Source of the DNA: Escherichia phage fDHCT2
Sequence record: OR427838.1
Reading direction: 5' to 3' (one strand)
DNA: 64,000 bases
Both the position numbers and the translations under genes were made by a program. The notes beneath the pieces were generated by a model that ran no database searches, was not told the DNA's origin, and was given only the letters and a program-made list of their open reading frames with translations. Of this stretch, positions 25,042 to 34,977 are shown one piece after another. Within the stretch, counting starts at the first letter, position 1. Each line of letters opens with the position of its first letter.

Positions 25042-27753
25042 TTAAAAGTCGAACATATCAAATAATGTTGCTTTTTTCTCGTAGTCGATTTTAGCAGACT
25101 CAGTAAAACCAGTCAGAGGCTTGATAAAGGTCTTTTGGAACAGTACGTTGTAGTCCATCCAACGGAGGACTTGGTCACGAATCTGAATCGGAAGTTCAAT
25201 ACCTGACGGCCACGCCATACAAGCTTCACCAAAAGGGTTGCCTTCTTTAAGCGGCAGCACATATACCTTTTCACCATCAACGATACGAGGCATGGTCAAA
25301 TCACCTGCAGAAGCACGCATGTAAGCTAAGCAACCTTTGATGTGATACGGACATTTAGAACCAGGGAAACCGCCTTCATTATATTTCTCGATGTTGTTAG
25401 CACTGGATACTGCAGCAATGCTTACATAGTTTAGTTCGTTAAATTCCTTATTAAACTGTTTGAAATACTCTTGCAAAGAGGCCTCGCCTTCTTGAAGCAT
25501 ACGACGGATACATTCTTTCAGTGCTTTCTGAACTGCTTTAGGTGTACTTGATTTCTGGGTTTCGAGGCCCATGATTTTCAAGTGTGGTTCGGCATAACGA
25601 GTACCTTCCATGTCCCAAACGTTCAGTGCATAACGTTTCTTGCCTGTCCAGAATCCACCAAGACCTTTAGAACCAAGTGGAGGACCAGCGATAGCTTCTC
25701 GGTCCATGAACATCAAGTGCTGTTTATTGTTCATGTATTCGCACATCTCACGGAAGCCTGCATCAATAGCCGGTTCCATACGTTCACGTGCAAATTTATC
25801 TAAGAAATCAACCCAGTGGTTAGTATCACGGAATTTATCTTCGCCTACTTTATTGATGATTGCGTCAGCCTTAACATAAATGGAGTCAGTATCACCATAG
25901 AGCACGAACTTCTGGTTTTCAGTCTTGCACACACCATTCAGATATTCGTTAACCTTACGTTCAATCCATTGGAGGGCCATTTGACCAAACAATGTGATTG
26001 CAGTCGCGTTCCTGAGGTCATAGTAACGGAACCATACGTTACCAAGTGCACCATAAAGGGAGTTGATAAGCAACTTACGGTTAATCTGAGCAGTCATACC
26101 TGCGACTTCAGTACGTTCGGCTTTGAACAACATTTCTTTTAAAGAAGATGCTGACAATTTTTTAATCTGAGCTTTGATTTCGTCAGAGAAGTCGAAACGA
26201 TAATCGATATCCAGTGGGCTATCAACAGACGGATTAGGATTTTCTAATGCTTCCTTAATTAACTCACCATTACGTTGAGCTGCAAGCATATAACCTTTAT
26301 GTTCTTTACGCTGTAAGAACACCTTCGTGATTTCTGTAGGAATCACGCCATCACGGTCTTTATAGTACATCATGCCGTTAGGAGAGCAACTGTAGGTGTC
26401 GCTAGGACGCGGAGCAGTTCCGGCAATATATTCATGTATCGGTGCGTTAGCGAATGTCCCTGCGATGGTCTCTGGGCTTATATTCACTTGTCGAATGATA
26501 CTCGGGTACAGAGATGTAAGGTCGAAACTCATTACATATTTGTACGCGTTAGGAATAGGTTCCTTAACGAAAGCACCTGGATAAGGTTGAACCGCATGCG
26601 ATTTGGCCTGAGGAATAACTTTACCCTGTTCTTTAAGGCTATTAAAGATAATAGCGTCCCAAGTCTTAATTGGACTGAACACCGACTGAATCTGCATCTT
26701 GGCATAGTAACCCATGTCCAGACTAAGAAGAATGAACTGGCGTTTCATATCAATCTGCACAACACGATATACGTCGATAATGTTATAGGAAATATATCGT
26801 TGGTGGTTCGTCTCACGTAACTTGGAGATAGGACCATCATATTTCAACTTACCTACTTTCAATTCATATTCAGAAACATAATCCAGAGAATAAGAAGGCT
26901 GGTTGGTAAAGCTGAATTTTTTATAAAGGTCGATATAATCCAGAACAGAGATACCGAACAGTGTAATAATTTCACGAACACCGTACATATTCTCGATAAC
27001 TTTAACACGAGTCTTACGATGCGGGCTTAATCGCTTAGCAGTGTTCTCACCAAACAGATTTTTCAGACGGTTATAAACGTATGGCACGTCAAATGATTCA
27101 ACGTTCCATCCAGTCAAAATCACAGGAGTTTTCTGTTGCCAGAAATTCAGATACTCAAGCATCATTTCTTCTTCAGAATTAAACGGAAGATAAACGATTT
27201 TGTCAATGATTTCTTGTGGAACTTCGTCACCACCTTCGTCTTGGAGTTTCTCAGCGATTTTAATCGACCACTCTTCGACCGTACCATAAGGTGAAACTAA
27301 AAGGTCAAATACATAGAATTTATCATCAATCGAGTCGTAGTGAGTAATGGCATCGATAGGATGTTTAGCCTGAGCAGGTTCAGGGAATCCATCAGGGGAT
27401 GTTACCTCGATGTCGAAGTTAGCAATACGAATCTTGGAAGAATCATACTTGATTTCTTTACGATAGGTATCAGACAAATAGGCTAATTTATAGTCGTCCA
27501 TACCAAGGGCTTCGAGACCCATATCGTCCATGCGCTTCATCCACTGAGAAGCATCGCGCATTGAATTGAATTCTTTCTTAACACAGCCCTTACCGTAGAT
27601 GTCAATATATTTTACGGCTTGCTCTGGGTTAGCATGCATAAACATTGTAGGCTTGTATGGAACTTCACGACTACGTTCGTTACCATTTTTATCGATGTAA
27701 CGTTCGAGAATATTATCACCGATTTGTTCGACTGTCAAATAGAATTCTTGCAT
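25042..27753 (-). CDS. 43: DNA polymerase gp43
   Basis: start at MQEFYLTVEQ (27753, RBS AAGGAAA); collinear with remembered T4 gp43 to ...LFDMFDF. Confidence 0.97.
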   Translation of the reverse strand: MQEFYLTVEQIGDNILERYIDKNGNERSREVPYKPTMFMHANPEQAVKYIDIYGKGCVKKEFNSMRDASQWMKRMDDMGLEALGMDDYKLAYLSDTYRKEIKYDSSKIRIANFDIEVTSPDGFPEPAQAKHPIDAITHYDSIDDKFYVFDLLVSPYGTVEEWSIKIAEKLQDEGGDEVPQEIIDKIVYLPFNSEEEMMLEYLNFWQQKTPVILTGWNVESFDVPYVYNRLKNLFGENTAKRLSPHRKTRVKVIENMYGVREIITLFGISVLDYIDLYKKFSFTNQPSYSLDYVSEYELKVGKLKYDGPISKLRETNHQRYISYNIIDVYRVVQIDMKRQFILLSLDMGYYAKMQIQSVFSPIKTWDAIIFNSLKEQGKVIPQAKSHAVQPYPGAFVKEPIPNAYKYVMSFDLTSLYPSIIRQVNISPETIAGTFANAPIHEYIAGTAPRPSDTYSCSPNGMMYYKDRDGVIPTEITKVFLQRKEHKGYMLAAQRNGELIKEALENPNPSVDSPLDIDYRFDFSDEIKAQIKKLSASSLKEMLFKAERTEVAGMTAQINRKLLINSLYGALGNVWFRYYDLRNATAITLFGQMALQWIERKVNEYLNGVCKTENQKFVLYGDTDSIYVKADAIINKVGEDKFRDTNHWVDFLDKFARERMEPAIDAGFREMCEYMNNKQHLMFMDREAIAGPPLGSKGLGGFWTGKKRYALNVWDMEGTRYAEPHLKIMGLETQKSSTPKAVQKALKECIRRMLQEGEASLQEYFKQFNKEFNELNYVSIAAVSSANNIEKYNEGGFPGSKCPYHIKGCLAYMRASAGDLTMPRIVDGEKVYVLPLKEGNPFGEACMAWPSGIELPIQIRDQVLRWMDYNVLFQKTFIKPLTGFTESAKIDYEKKATLFDMFDF

Positions 27754-27811
27754 TTCATTTCCTTTATAGACGAGTGATTGTCTTTTGTTTGTTGATGAAT
27801 CATTATACTCC

Positions 27812-27833
27812 AAAAAGGGACCGAAGTCCCTTT
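27812..27833 (-). terminator. hairpin terminator upstream of gene 43
   Basis: minus AAAGGGAC-TTCG-GTCCCTTTTT, followed by GGAGTATAATG. Confidence 0.6.
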
Positions 27834-27835
27834 GC

Positions 27836-28051
27836 TTAAATTTCTATTGTTTGACGTTTAATGGTTGAATTACCATCTTCGTCTTTAGTTTTAATCATAG
27901 CCTGGAAGACTTTCTGACCTGGATGTAGCAACTTATGGAGTTCTTTTTGAAATTCTATTTGGAGCTCTTCGGAAAGGTCAAAAACAGTTTGAGTTGGTGA
28001 AAGTCCGTATACCTCTTTAAGACGTTCACACATTTCAATTTCAAGAATCAT
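27836..28051 (-). CDS. hypothetical small protein
   Basis: track ORF trimmed to ATG 28051 to avoid overlap with regA; weak RBS. Confidence 0.4.
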   Translation of the reverse strand: MILEIEMCERLKEVYGLSPTQTVFDLSEELQIEFQKELHKLLHPGQKVFQAMIKTKDEDGNSTIKRQTIEI

Positions 28052-28052
28052 A

Positions 28053-28415
28053 TTAATTACCGATGGTATACTTAGACAGTAGTTCCCAGTCATTTTTCTG
28101 CTTAAAGGAAATGACACGGAAATTATTAGTGATTTCGAACAGCTCAGAGTCGTCTACGATATCAATCAGTCCCCAGTCCTTAAGAAGCTGGGCGATAGAA
28201 TCACGGCGTTGGTAGTCTTCACCATCGATATCTACCTGGCGACCGTCCATACGCAACATCTCTTTAAAGTGGACAATATAATACCGTCCTTGCTTTTGCA
28301 AAATGTGGCAGGATTGATATAGTTTCTTTTCTTTATTATTAGCGATACCCATACGAGTCAGGGTCTCTTTCACTTTTAGGAAGTCTTCAGGTTGCTTCAG
28401 AGTAATTTCAATCAT
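28053..28415 (-). CDS. regA: translational repressor RegA
   Basis: 120 aa; MIEITLKQPEDFLKVKETLTRMGIANNKEK... near-identical to remembered T4 RegA. Confidence 0.95.
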   Translation of the reverse strand: MIEITLKQPEDFLKVKETLTRMGIANNKEKKLYQSCHILQKQGRYYIVHFKEMLRMDGRQVDIDGEDYQRRDSIAQLLKDWGLIDIVDDSELFEITNNFRVISFKQKNDWELLSKYTIGN

Positions 28416-28421
28416 TTTAAT

Positions 28422-28994
28422 TTACCATTCCAATGCTTTCTTTTTCAAGTCTTTTTGTTCTTTCACATTTTTAGTTACGGATTTCAGGAACTCGTCCGTA
28501 ACCAACCCTTTCATCTTCTTAAGCATCGCCGGAAGATGGCCTTTAATTTTATAAGTCTCGAGATAACGATAAGCGTCATCATTATTAATTGAATGGTATT
28601 TCATCAATAAACGAGTAATAAAAACTACACTAACTTCATCATCATGGGCCTTAGCCCATTTACCAAATCTCTTACCCTTAGGAACAGCATGTAAAAGATA
28701 GTTGAAGTGACTTTGGTCGTCAAGTTTAAGACAGTTAACCATCGCGGCTTGCATAATGCAATCTACGTGTTGGCTCAAACTATTATCTAGCCAAAATTGA
28801 TTATAGTTTTCTGATTGAGCCAAGTTACGTTGGTTCTTACCATACGTGATGTCGTTCATAATGGCAAACAGTTCGTTTTCAGCCTTTTCTTTAAATGAAT
28901 CGGCTAAGGCTTGAATAGCAGCGTCGTTACGTTGTTTCCAAGCAACTTCATGTTCATTCAGTTCAACGTCATCATCAAAAAGACTTATAGCCAT
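28422..28994 (-). CDS. 62: clamp loader small subunit gp62
   Basis: 190 aa; T4 synteny regA-62-44-45. Confidence 0.9.
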   Translation of the reverse strand: MAISLFDDDVELNEHEVAWKQRNDAAIQALADSFKEKAENELFAIMNDITYGKNQRNLAQSENYNQFWLDNSLSQHVDCIMQAAMVNCLKLDDQSHFNYLLHAVPKGKRFGKWAKAHDDEVSVVFITRLLMKYHSINNDDAYRYLETYKIKGHLPAMLKKMKGLVTDEFLKSVTKNVKEQKDLKKKALEW

Positions 28995-29944
28995 TGGAGC
29001 TCCAGAGCAAGTTGGATAAACAGATAAGTCAGGTGAATTTCTGGGTTAGCAGCAATACCGTGGTATTGGTTATTTTCACCGACAATTTCGTACATTCTAA
29101 CAATGCTTGGCCCAGGCAATTTACCATAGAGTTCGTTAGCCAGCGACATAATAAAGTTGGAATAATCATTGACATGACGTGGAGCTAATGCACGGAGTTC
29201 TTTAAAGTTTTTATCTTTCAGTGCGGCCACTACTTCATCAATAGGCGAATTGGTATTCATTACAATACTCAAAATGCCTGTATCGATTTTACCACTTGAG
29301 GAATAACGGTCTAGTTGGTTAATTGTTTTACGGAAGTCAGGGAAGTTTTGTTTAACTAAAGCAGCAATAACTTTAAGGTCTTCGACTTCGATATTTTCGT
29401 TTTTACAAATTGCTACTGCACGATGAATCATTTCTTTCATCATGGCAGTTTGGTCAGCTGGAGTGGCTTCACCAAATTTAATTACACGGCAACGAGATTG
29501 AAGTGGACCGATAATACCATCAATATTGTTTGCTGTAATAATTACAGAACAGTTTGAGGAATAGGCCTCTAAGAATGAACGAAGGTGGCGTTGAGCTTCA
29601 GCAACACCAGCACGGTCGAATTCGTCAATAACAATTACCTTACGTTTACCTTCGATAGATTTAGAAGATGCAAAACGAGTAAGTTCGTTACGAACGAAAT
29701 CAATACGGCAGTCAGAACCGTTAACAAACAACATGTCTGAATTTGTATCAGCACACAATGCTTTAGCTACGGTAGTTTTACCTGTGCCTGGTGAAGCAGA
29801 GACTAGGATAATGTTAGGGATTAGGCCCTTATTAACAATTGCTTGGAGAGTTTCTTTATCATGAGCAGGCAGAATACATTCAGATAAAGTACCTGGACGA
29901 TATTTCTGTTCGAACATGAATTCATTATTATTTACTGTAAGCAT
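28985..29944 (-). CDS. 44: clamp loader ATPase gp44
   Basis: 319 aa; Walker A SASPGTGKTT, Walker B VIVIDEFD. Confidence 0.95.
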   Translation of the reverse strand: MLTVNNNEFMFEQKYRPGTLSECILPAHDKETLQAIVNKGLIPNIILVSASPGTGKTTVAKALCADTNSDMLFVNGSDCRIDFVRNELTRFASSKSIEGKRKVIVIDEFDRAGVAEAQRHLRSFLEAYSSNCSVIITANNIDGIIGPLQSRCRVIKFGEATPADQTAMMKEMIHRAVAICKNENIEVEDLKVIAALVKQNFPDFRKTINQLDRYSSSGKIDTGILSIVMNTNSPIDEVVAALKDKNFKELRALAPRHVNDYSNFIMSLANELYGKLPGPSIVRMYEIVGENNQYHGIAANPEIHLTYLFIQLALELQWL

Positions 29945-29981
29945 ATTAATTTCCTCAGGTTTGTTTTTACATTATACTCCA

Positions 29982-30000
29982 AGGGAGGAATATCCTCCCT
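29982..30000 (-). promoter_or_regulatory. stem-loop between genes 45 and 44
   Basis: AGGGAGGA-ata-TCCTCCCT 8-bp stem; minus strand continues TTGGAGTATAATG. Confidence 0.4.
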
Positions 30001-30005
30001 ATGCT

Positions 30006-30704
30006 TTAGAACGAGTGGCTTGAGCCTGCTTCCATGGCCAATACATAAGAAGCTTGTGAACCTTCAAACTTAGCTGCAAAACGAGCATCCTGACCTTCAC
30101 CGCGGGCCCATAACAACACATGATAATCGGCTGGCATCATTTTCATATTGGTTTTGTTAATGATGAACTTAAAGTCAGGACCATCATGGTCAGCTACTAC
30201 CAAAGAATACAGTGGACGAGTTAATTCTTTATCGTCGACTTGTTTATAACCGTTGATAACAATTTTACCATCGTCTACAGTGATTGCAAATGTATCAATA
30301 CTCAGACCAGAGGACACTCGCATCAGCTGCTGGTAATCTTCGGCTTTAAGGTCGAAAATAACTTCAGCCACAGGGAACGGGATAGCTTTGCTTGGGAATG
30401 CGATTGTGCTTGGGTCAGCAATAGGCCACTTAATTGTTGAACGTTGGTCTTTAATAATTAATGTGGTTTGGTCTTCACTTACCGAAACTTCAGCACTTTC
30501 CGATACCAAAGACAGAATACTTAAGAAGCCATTCAAATCATAGATTGCTGCTTCGATATCGAAGGTGTCGCTTACAGTGGCTTCACCATAACTTGCACCG
30601 GTAACAGATCGGGTCAGAATGGTGTTACCTGGTTTAAGCATAATGCCTGGGTTAATACCGGAGAAGTTTTTAAGAATGTTCAGGGTTTCTTTAGAGAATT
30701 TCAT
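30006..30704 (-). CDS. 45: sliding clamp gp45
   Basis: 232 aa; collinear with remembered T4 gp45. Confidence 0.95.
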   Translation of the reverse strand: MKFSKETLNILKNFSGINPGIMLKPGNTILTRSVTGASYGEATVSDTFDIEAAIYDLNGFLSILSLVSESAEVSVSEDQTTLIIKDQRSTIKWPIADPSTIAFPSKAIPFPVAEVIFDLKAEDYQQLMRVSSGLSIDTFAITVDDGKIVINGYKQVDDKELTRPLYSLVVADHDGPDFKFIINKTNMKMMPADYHVLLWARGEGQDARFAAKFEGSQASYVLAMEAGSSHSF

Positions 30705-30728
30705 AATGTTTCCTTATCAAGTCAAAAA

Positions 30729-31142
30729 TTAAGCAATAACGATCATTTGTTTACGGATTGATTCAGGCAGAGATTCAATATACTCTGGAATCTGGGAAGC
30801 AACAATAGCGCCGGCTTCAAGCAACTGCTCATCAGGGTCGACGCAATAATCATCTTCTAAACGTTCAGAACCGTCGCGGTCGATAACAAGTTTAGCACCT
30901 GCAGCCAGTGAATCATTATAATGGCGACGCATAATTTCTACCCACTTATCAGATACGTCGTTATCAATAATACCGTAGAGCATGAACTTAGTTTCTTGTG
31001 GAAGAGACTGCAATCGACGTGCGGAGTTGGTATCAATATTCAGTACCCATGATTTACGGATACGGTTCTGATTATGTGGGTTGGAATCAGTACGGATTGT
31101 TTTAACTTGGATATCTTTAACGGTAATAGCGTTAGCAAACAT
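30729..31142 (-). CDS. rpbA: RNA polymerase binding protein RpbA (by position)
   Basis: start chosen at MFANAITV (31142); T4 synteny 45-rpbA-46. Confidence 0.6.
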   Translation of the reverse strand: MFANAITVKDIQVKTIRTDSNPHNQNRIRKSWVLNIDTNSARRLQSLPQETKFMLYGIIDNDVSDKWVEIMRRHYNDSLAAGAKLVIDRDGSERLEDDYCVDPDEQLLEAGAIVASQIPEYIESLPESIRKQMIVIA

Positions 31143-31172
31143 AATATTTTCTCTCATTTGGTTGGTAGATGT

Positions 31173-31196
31173 ATTATAAATCAATATTTTAAAGCA
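31173..31196 (-). promoter_or_regulatory. putative MotA-dependent middle promoter
   Basis: minus gTGCTTTAa (31190-31196), 11 nt, TATAAT (31173-31178). Confidence 0.5.
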
Positions 31197-31202
31197 CTTA
31201 AT

Positions 31203-31394
31203 TTAATCAAAGTATTCATAAACGAACCAGGCAGGGTTCCTGTTCGACATGATTCTATCATACTCTGACTTGAAAGCATTTCGGAGATAATCTTCAGTAA
31301 CAAGATGTTCGTCACCAGAGAAGTTATTAACTAAAACATACCGCTTTAGTTCAGGAACGGCCAACAAATGCTGGCCTGTTATAAAATCACTCAT
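31203..31394 (-). CDS. hypothetical small protein (45.2 position)
   Basis: 63-aa ORF. Confidence 0.45.
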   Translation of the reverse strand: MSDFITGQHLLAVPELKRYVLVNNFSGDEHLVTEDYLRNAFKSEYDRIMSNRNPAWFVYEYFD

Positions 31395-33073
31395 TCCATC
31401 ACCGTGAATCGTCCAACTTTCTTCATTTGAAGATGCTGGCCATAAGCTTGTGGGTCATGGTCTCGGTGAGAGATAATGAACACGTTCGTATCCTCAAGGC
31501 TATTCAAGATGGTTGCAATGGTCTTAACGCCTTCAGCGTCAGTAGCGCTGTCAAAAACTTCATCAAGAATTAACGTGCTGATATTAACACCTGATACCTT
31601 AGAAGCAATATCACGCCATGTAAAAAGTAGTGCGATATCAATACGTGCTTTCTCACCCTGTGAAAATGAAGCATAACTAAAGTCTTCACGTCCACGTGAT
31701 TTAATCGTCTCATTGAACTCTTCGTCTAGGGTAAAGACGTAGTCGGCTTCCATAATCTTCAAATAAGAATTTATTTGCTTATTAAAGATAGGAATGTATT
31801 TCTTAATAATGGAACCTTTAATACCTGTATCCTTCAACATTTCTGTCAGAATTCCACGATGATATTTTTCCATTACCAATGACGATTTAGTAGAGACGAT
31901 TTTATCAAGCTCTGCTTGAAGCGCGGCAATCTCTTCGGCATTACTTACGAACTCAGCAGCGGCTTGGTCGATTAATACTTTAACCTTTTTAGCTTTCTCT
32001 ACGGCAGTAATGGCTTGCTGCTTATGAGTAGCTATCTGAGATTTAATACTCAATGCTTTATTACGTTGTTCGGTTACTTGGTCCTTAATGAGCTTGAGTT
32101 CTTGGTACTGCTCGTTAATCTTATCTAAAGATTTTTGAAGCTCAAAGTTCTTATCCTTAATTTTAGTAAGGATATTTCCGTGCTCTTCTAGCCCTTGCAT
32201 ACATGTAGGACAGCTGCCACCAGTTTCGTATAATTTCACGACCTTAGTAAAGGTTGCCATATCATTCTTGATTGCAAATCCTTTATTGCTCAGGTCACTC
32301 ATGGAGTTGCTAGGGTCATCATCGACGACGACATTGAGTAATTCATCAGTTAGTTTTTCTATATTGCCCTTCGCAGTCCTGGCTTCTTTAACGAGCTCGT
32401 CATACATTACTTGTAGTCTTGCTGCGTTCTCGCCAGATAATTTACGTTGACGTTCTTCGTTGTCATTATAAATTTTAATCTGTTGGGTAATAGAATCCTG
32501 TTTAACGTCTATCACCTGGATTTGGCTATTAGTCTCACGAATCAGAGATTTGTTCAACTTATCCATATCCGCTAGTACAGAAACCTCTAAAAGGTCTTCC
32601 ACCAGCTTTCGACGCGCTGGGGTTGACAAACCCATGAAGGGGGTATACCCTGCCGTGCCAAGAACGACAATCTGTTTGAAGCTTGCATAGGACATTCCGA
32701 TAAGCTGTTCAAATTCTGCTTGGAAGTCTTTACTGCTGGCAGATTCATCAAGACGTTCACCGCCACAAGAGATTTCAAAAACGTTCGGTTTTTGCCCACG
32801 TTTGATGTAGTATTCTTTGCCATCATATTCCATCCACAGTTCGACCAAAAGGTCTTTCTTGTTACTTGAATTAATCAACTGCCCTTTCTTAACATCGCGA
32901 AAAGGCTTACCAAACAGAGCAAATGTTACGGCTTCAAGGAATGTTGATTTCCCTGCACCATTTTTACCAGTGACTAAGGTCTTTTGGACCTTATCAAGTT
33001 GGATTGTAATAGGTTGCTGGCCTACCGACATAATATTTTTATACGTTACTTTCTTTAACTTAAACGTTTTCAT
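31391..33073 (-). CDS. 46: recombination nuclease subunit gp46 (Rad50/SbcC-like)
   Basis: 560 aa; Walker A TGKNGAGKST; coiled-coil middle. Confidence 0.95.
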   Translation of the reverse strand: MKTFKLKKVTYKNIMSVGQQPITIQLDKVQKTLVTGKNGAGKSTFLEAVTFALFGKPFRDVKKGQLINSSNKKDLLVELWMEYDGKEYYIKRGQKPNVFEISCGGERLDESASSKDFQAEFEQLIGMSYASFKQIVVLGTAGYTPFMGLSTPARRKLVEDLLEVSVLADMDKLNKSLIRETNSQIQVIDVKQDSITQQIKIYNDNEERQRKLSGENAARLQVMYDELVKEARTAKGNIEKLTDELLNVVVDDDPSNSMSDLSNKGFAIKNDMATFTKVVKLYETGGSCPTCMQGLEEHGNILTKIKDKNFELQKSLDKINEQYQELKLIKDQVTEQRNKALSIKSQIATHKQQAITAVEKAKKVKVLIDQAAAEFVSNAEEIAALQAELDKIVSTKSSLVMEKYHRGILTEMLKDTGIKGSIIKKYIPIFNKQINSYLKIMEADYVFTLDEEFNETIKSRGREDFSYASFSQGEKARIDIALLFTWRDIASKVSGVNISTLILDEVFDSATDAEGVKTIATILNSLEDTNVFIISHRDHDPQAYGQHLQMKKVGRFTVME

Positions 33074-33294
33074 GTATTGTTCTCACGAATTGTTTGTTCA
33101 GCATATTCTAGCATTTCTTCGGAAGAAGCAAACACGTCGTCAAGTTCCATGGCCCATGAAACACCTTCAGAATATTCAGAAGTGACATACATAGTTCCGG
33201 TATACCAAGAACCATCCACGTCCCATTCTACATTACCGAACCAGCCATCGCCAATATGAAAATCATGTTTATACATTTTCATCATTATAAGCAT
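33070..33294 (-). CDS. hypothetical small protein
   Basis: 74-aa ORF. Confidence 0.5.
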   Translation of the reverse strand: MLIMMKMYKHDFHIGDGWFGNVEWDVDGSWYTGTMYVTSEYSEGVSWAMELDDVFASSEEMLEYAEQTIRENNT

Positions 33295-33532
33295 CCTTGA
33301 TGCATGATTCAGCCATATGGATTAATGTTTCTGGAGTATCATCTACCATTACATTAAAGCTAAATTCCACAGCCCAATCGGTAGCAACATAAACTTTAAT
33401 AAGCTCGTTGGTATCACGAGTGCTCACCGCTTCAAACCAGAACTTAATTGTATTCGGTTCGTTATCATCATCTAGAACCAGGCAGTCATGCTCAAGCTCA
33501 AGACCCGATTTTTTGAATTCATCTAATGTCAT
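33269..33532 (-). CDS. hypothetical small protein
   Basis: 87-aa ORF. Confidence 0.5.
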   Translation of the reverse strand: MTLDEFKKSGLELEHDCLVLDDDNEPNTIKFWFEAVSTRDTNELIKVYVATDWAVEFSFNVMVDDTPETLIHMAESCIKDAYNDENV

Positions 33533-34551
33533 CGCGTAACCTCATTATAAAGTTGTGCAGCCATGGTTTTGAGGGCCTTAACGTCATCTTCGGTATGTCC
33601 ATCTGGTAAAGCATCGATATAATCATACATCATATCCAAGAGGGACTTAACTTCATCTTCCTCTTCAGAATCATCGATATCAACGCTGTTATCTACCTTA
33701 GACACAATACGTAAAGAGTGAACAACCTTTTCAAGCTCTGATTCGAACTTAGTAAGACCGTCATCGATTTTATCGACTATAACACGAACTGCGATATTTG
33801 TAAAATCTTTGTAATCGATAGTCGCGTTAGGATAATGAATCTTACGATGCCAACAGGTTTCATTAATGATGAAATCCATTTTATGAGTTTCGGTATCGAA
33901 AATCCAGAAACCACGAGGGTCGTTCTCATCACCTGCAGTCAGGGTCCATGGAGTACCAATGTACTTAACGTTTGCTGCATCAGAAATAGTGTGGAAGTGG
34001 CCTGACCAAACTTGCTTATACTTTTTAAGGAAATCAGGTTCTAAACCATGGGATTTCATTCCTTTATAGAAATAGAAACCATTTAATTCCCAATGCCCAA
34101 TACAGAAATCTGCTGTGGTATTTTTGATATGGTCCATGATATCGGTCGTGTTTTCTTCACACATCCATGGAATCAAATCAATTTCGGTGCCATCAAAGTT
34201 AACCGTAGTAGGTTTTTCAATAACCTTGATATGGTCATATTTACCCAGAACTTCAGAAGCAGCATTAGGAGTCAAGGTATTTTTGTAGTGCATATCATGA
34301 TTACCAACAACGGTATACATGGTAATGCCATTAGCTTTAAGCAAATCAGAGATTTCGCGAGCGAATTCCATGCACTTGTGGGTAATTGCTTTACGAACAT
34401 CAAAGATATCACCGTATTGAATCCATACAGTAATGCCATTTGCTTTAGAATAATCAATAGCGTCTTGGATACCTTGACGTTGGATATTTTGTACCCACAC
34501 ATCATCAGCCTTAACTCCAAGGTGCCAGTCACCGGTGTTTAATATTTTCAT
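33529..34551 (-). CDS. 47: recombination nuclease subunit gp47 (Mre11/SbcD-like)
   Basis: start at MKILNTGDWHLG (34551); phosphoesterase motifs; collinear with remembered T4 gp47. Confidence 0.95.
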   Translation of the reverse strand: MKILNTGDWHLGVKADDVWVQNIQRQGIQDAIDYSKANGITVWIQYGDIFDVRKAITHKCMEFAREISDLLKANGITMYTVVGNHDMHYKNTLTPNAASEVLGKYDHIKVIEKPTTVNFDGTEIDLIPWMCEENTTDIMDHIKNTTADFCIGHWELNGFYFYKGMKSHGLEPDFLKKYKQVWSGHFHTISDAANVKYIGTPWTLTAGDENDPRGFWIFDTETHKMDFIINETCWHRKIHYPNATIDYKDFTNIAVRVIVDKIDDGLTKFESELEKVVHSLRIVSKVDNSVDIDDSEEEDEVKSLLDMMYDYIDALPDGHTEDDVKALKTMAAQLYNEVTR

Positions 34552-34691
34552 AAGCCAAGCGCCGTTATCGAAATACAAAATAAAATTATTGAAATGAACC
34601 CGTCAGAAGTGGAAAAGAATCCTATCCAACAAGCTCTTGTGAATGTGTAGAATGCCATGAATAACACGACATATCCTAAAAATAATTCCAT
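34548..34691 (-). CDS. small membrane peptide (47 aa, hand-called), coupled to gene 47
   Basis: MELFLGYVVLFMAFYTFTRACWIGFFSTSDGFISIILFCISITALGL; RBS GAGGAGAACAT; stop overlaps gp47 ATG. Confidence 0.45.
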   Translation of the reverse strand: MELFLGYVVLFMAFYTFTRACWIGFFSTSDGFISIILFCISITALGL

Positions 34692-34734
34692 ATGTTCTCC
34701 TCAGTTGGTTCATTTTATCATCCGAATATAAAGC

Positions 34735-34757
34735 AAAAAAGGAGCCTAAGCTCCTTT
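34735..34757 (-). terminator. intrinsic terminator
   Basis: minus AAAGGAGC-TTAG-GCTCCTTTTTTGC. Confidence 0.65.
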
Positions 34758-34977
34758 ACCAATTAATACACCGTACAGAGGTTCGTGATTAGACCTGAAC
34801 TTGATAGGCTTATAGGTAATAGTACCTTCATTTTCCGCTTTAATACGAGCAGCTTCAAATTTAAGTATCATCTCATTTTTGTCAGATTTAATCTTATCAA
34901 AATCCGTCGAATTCGTCATTCATAAAACCTCTTAAACTTTTTCGTATTCGTCATTCATTAGCCTGCAGTCCATGTTA

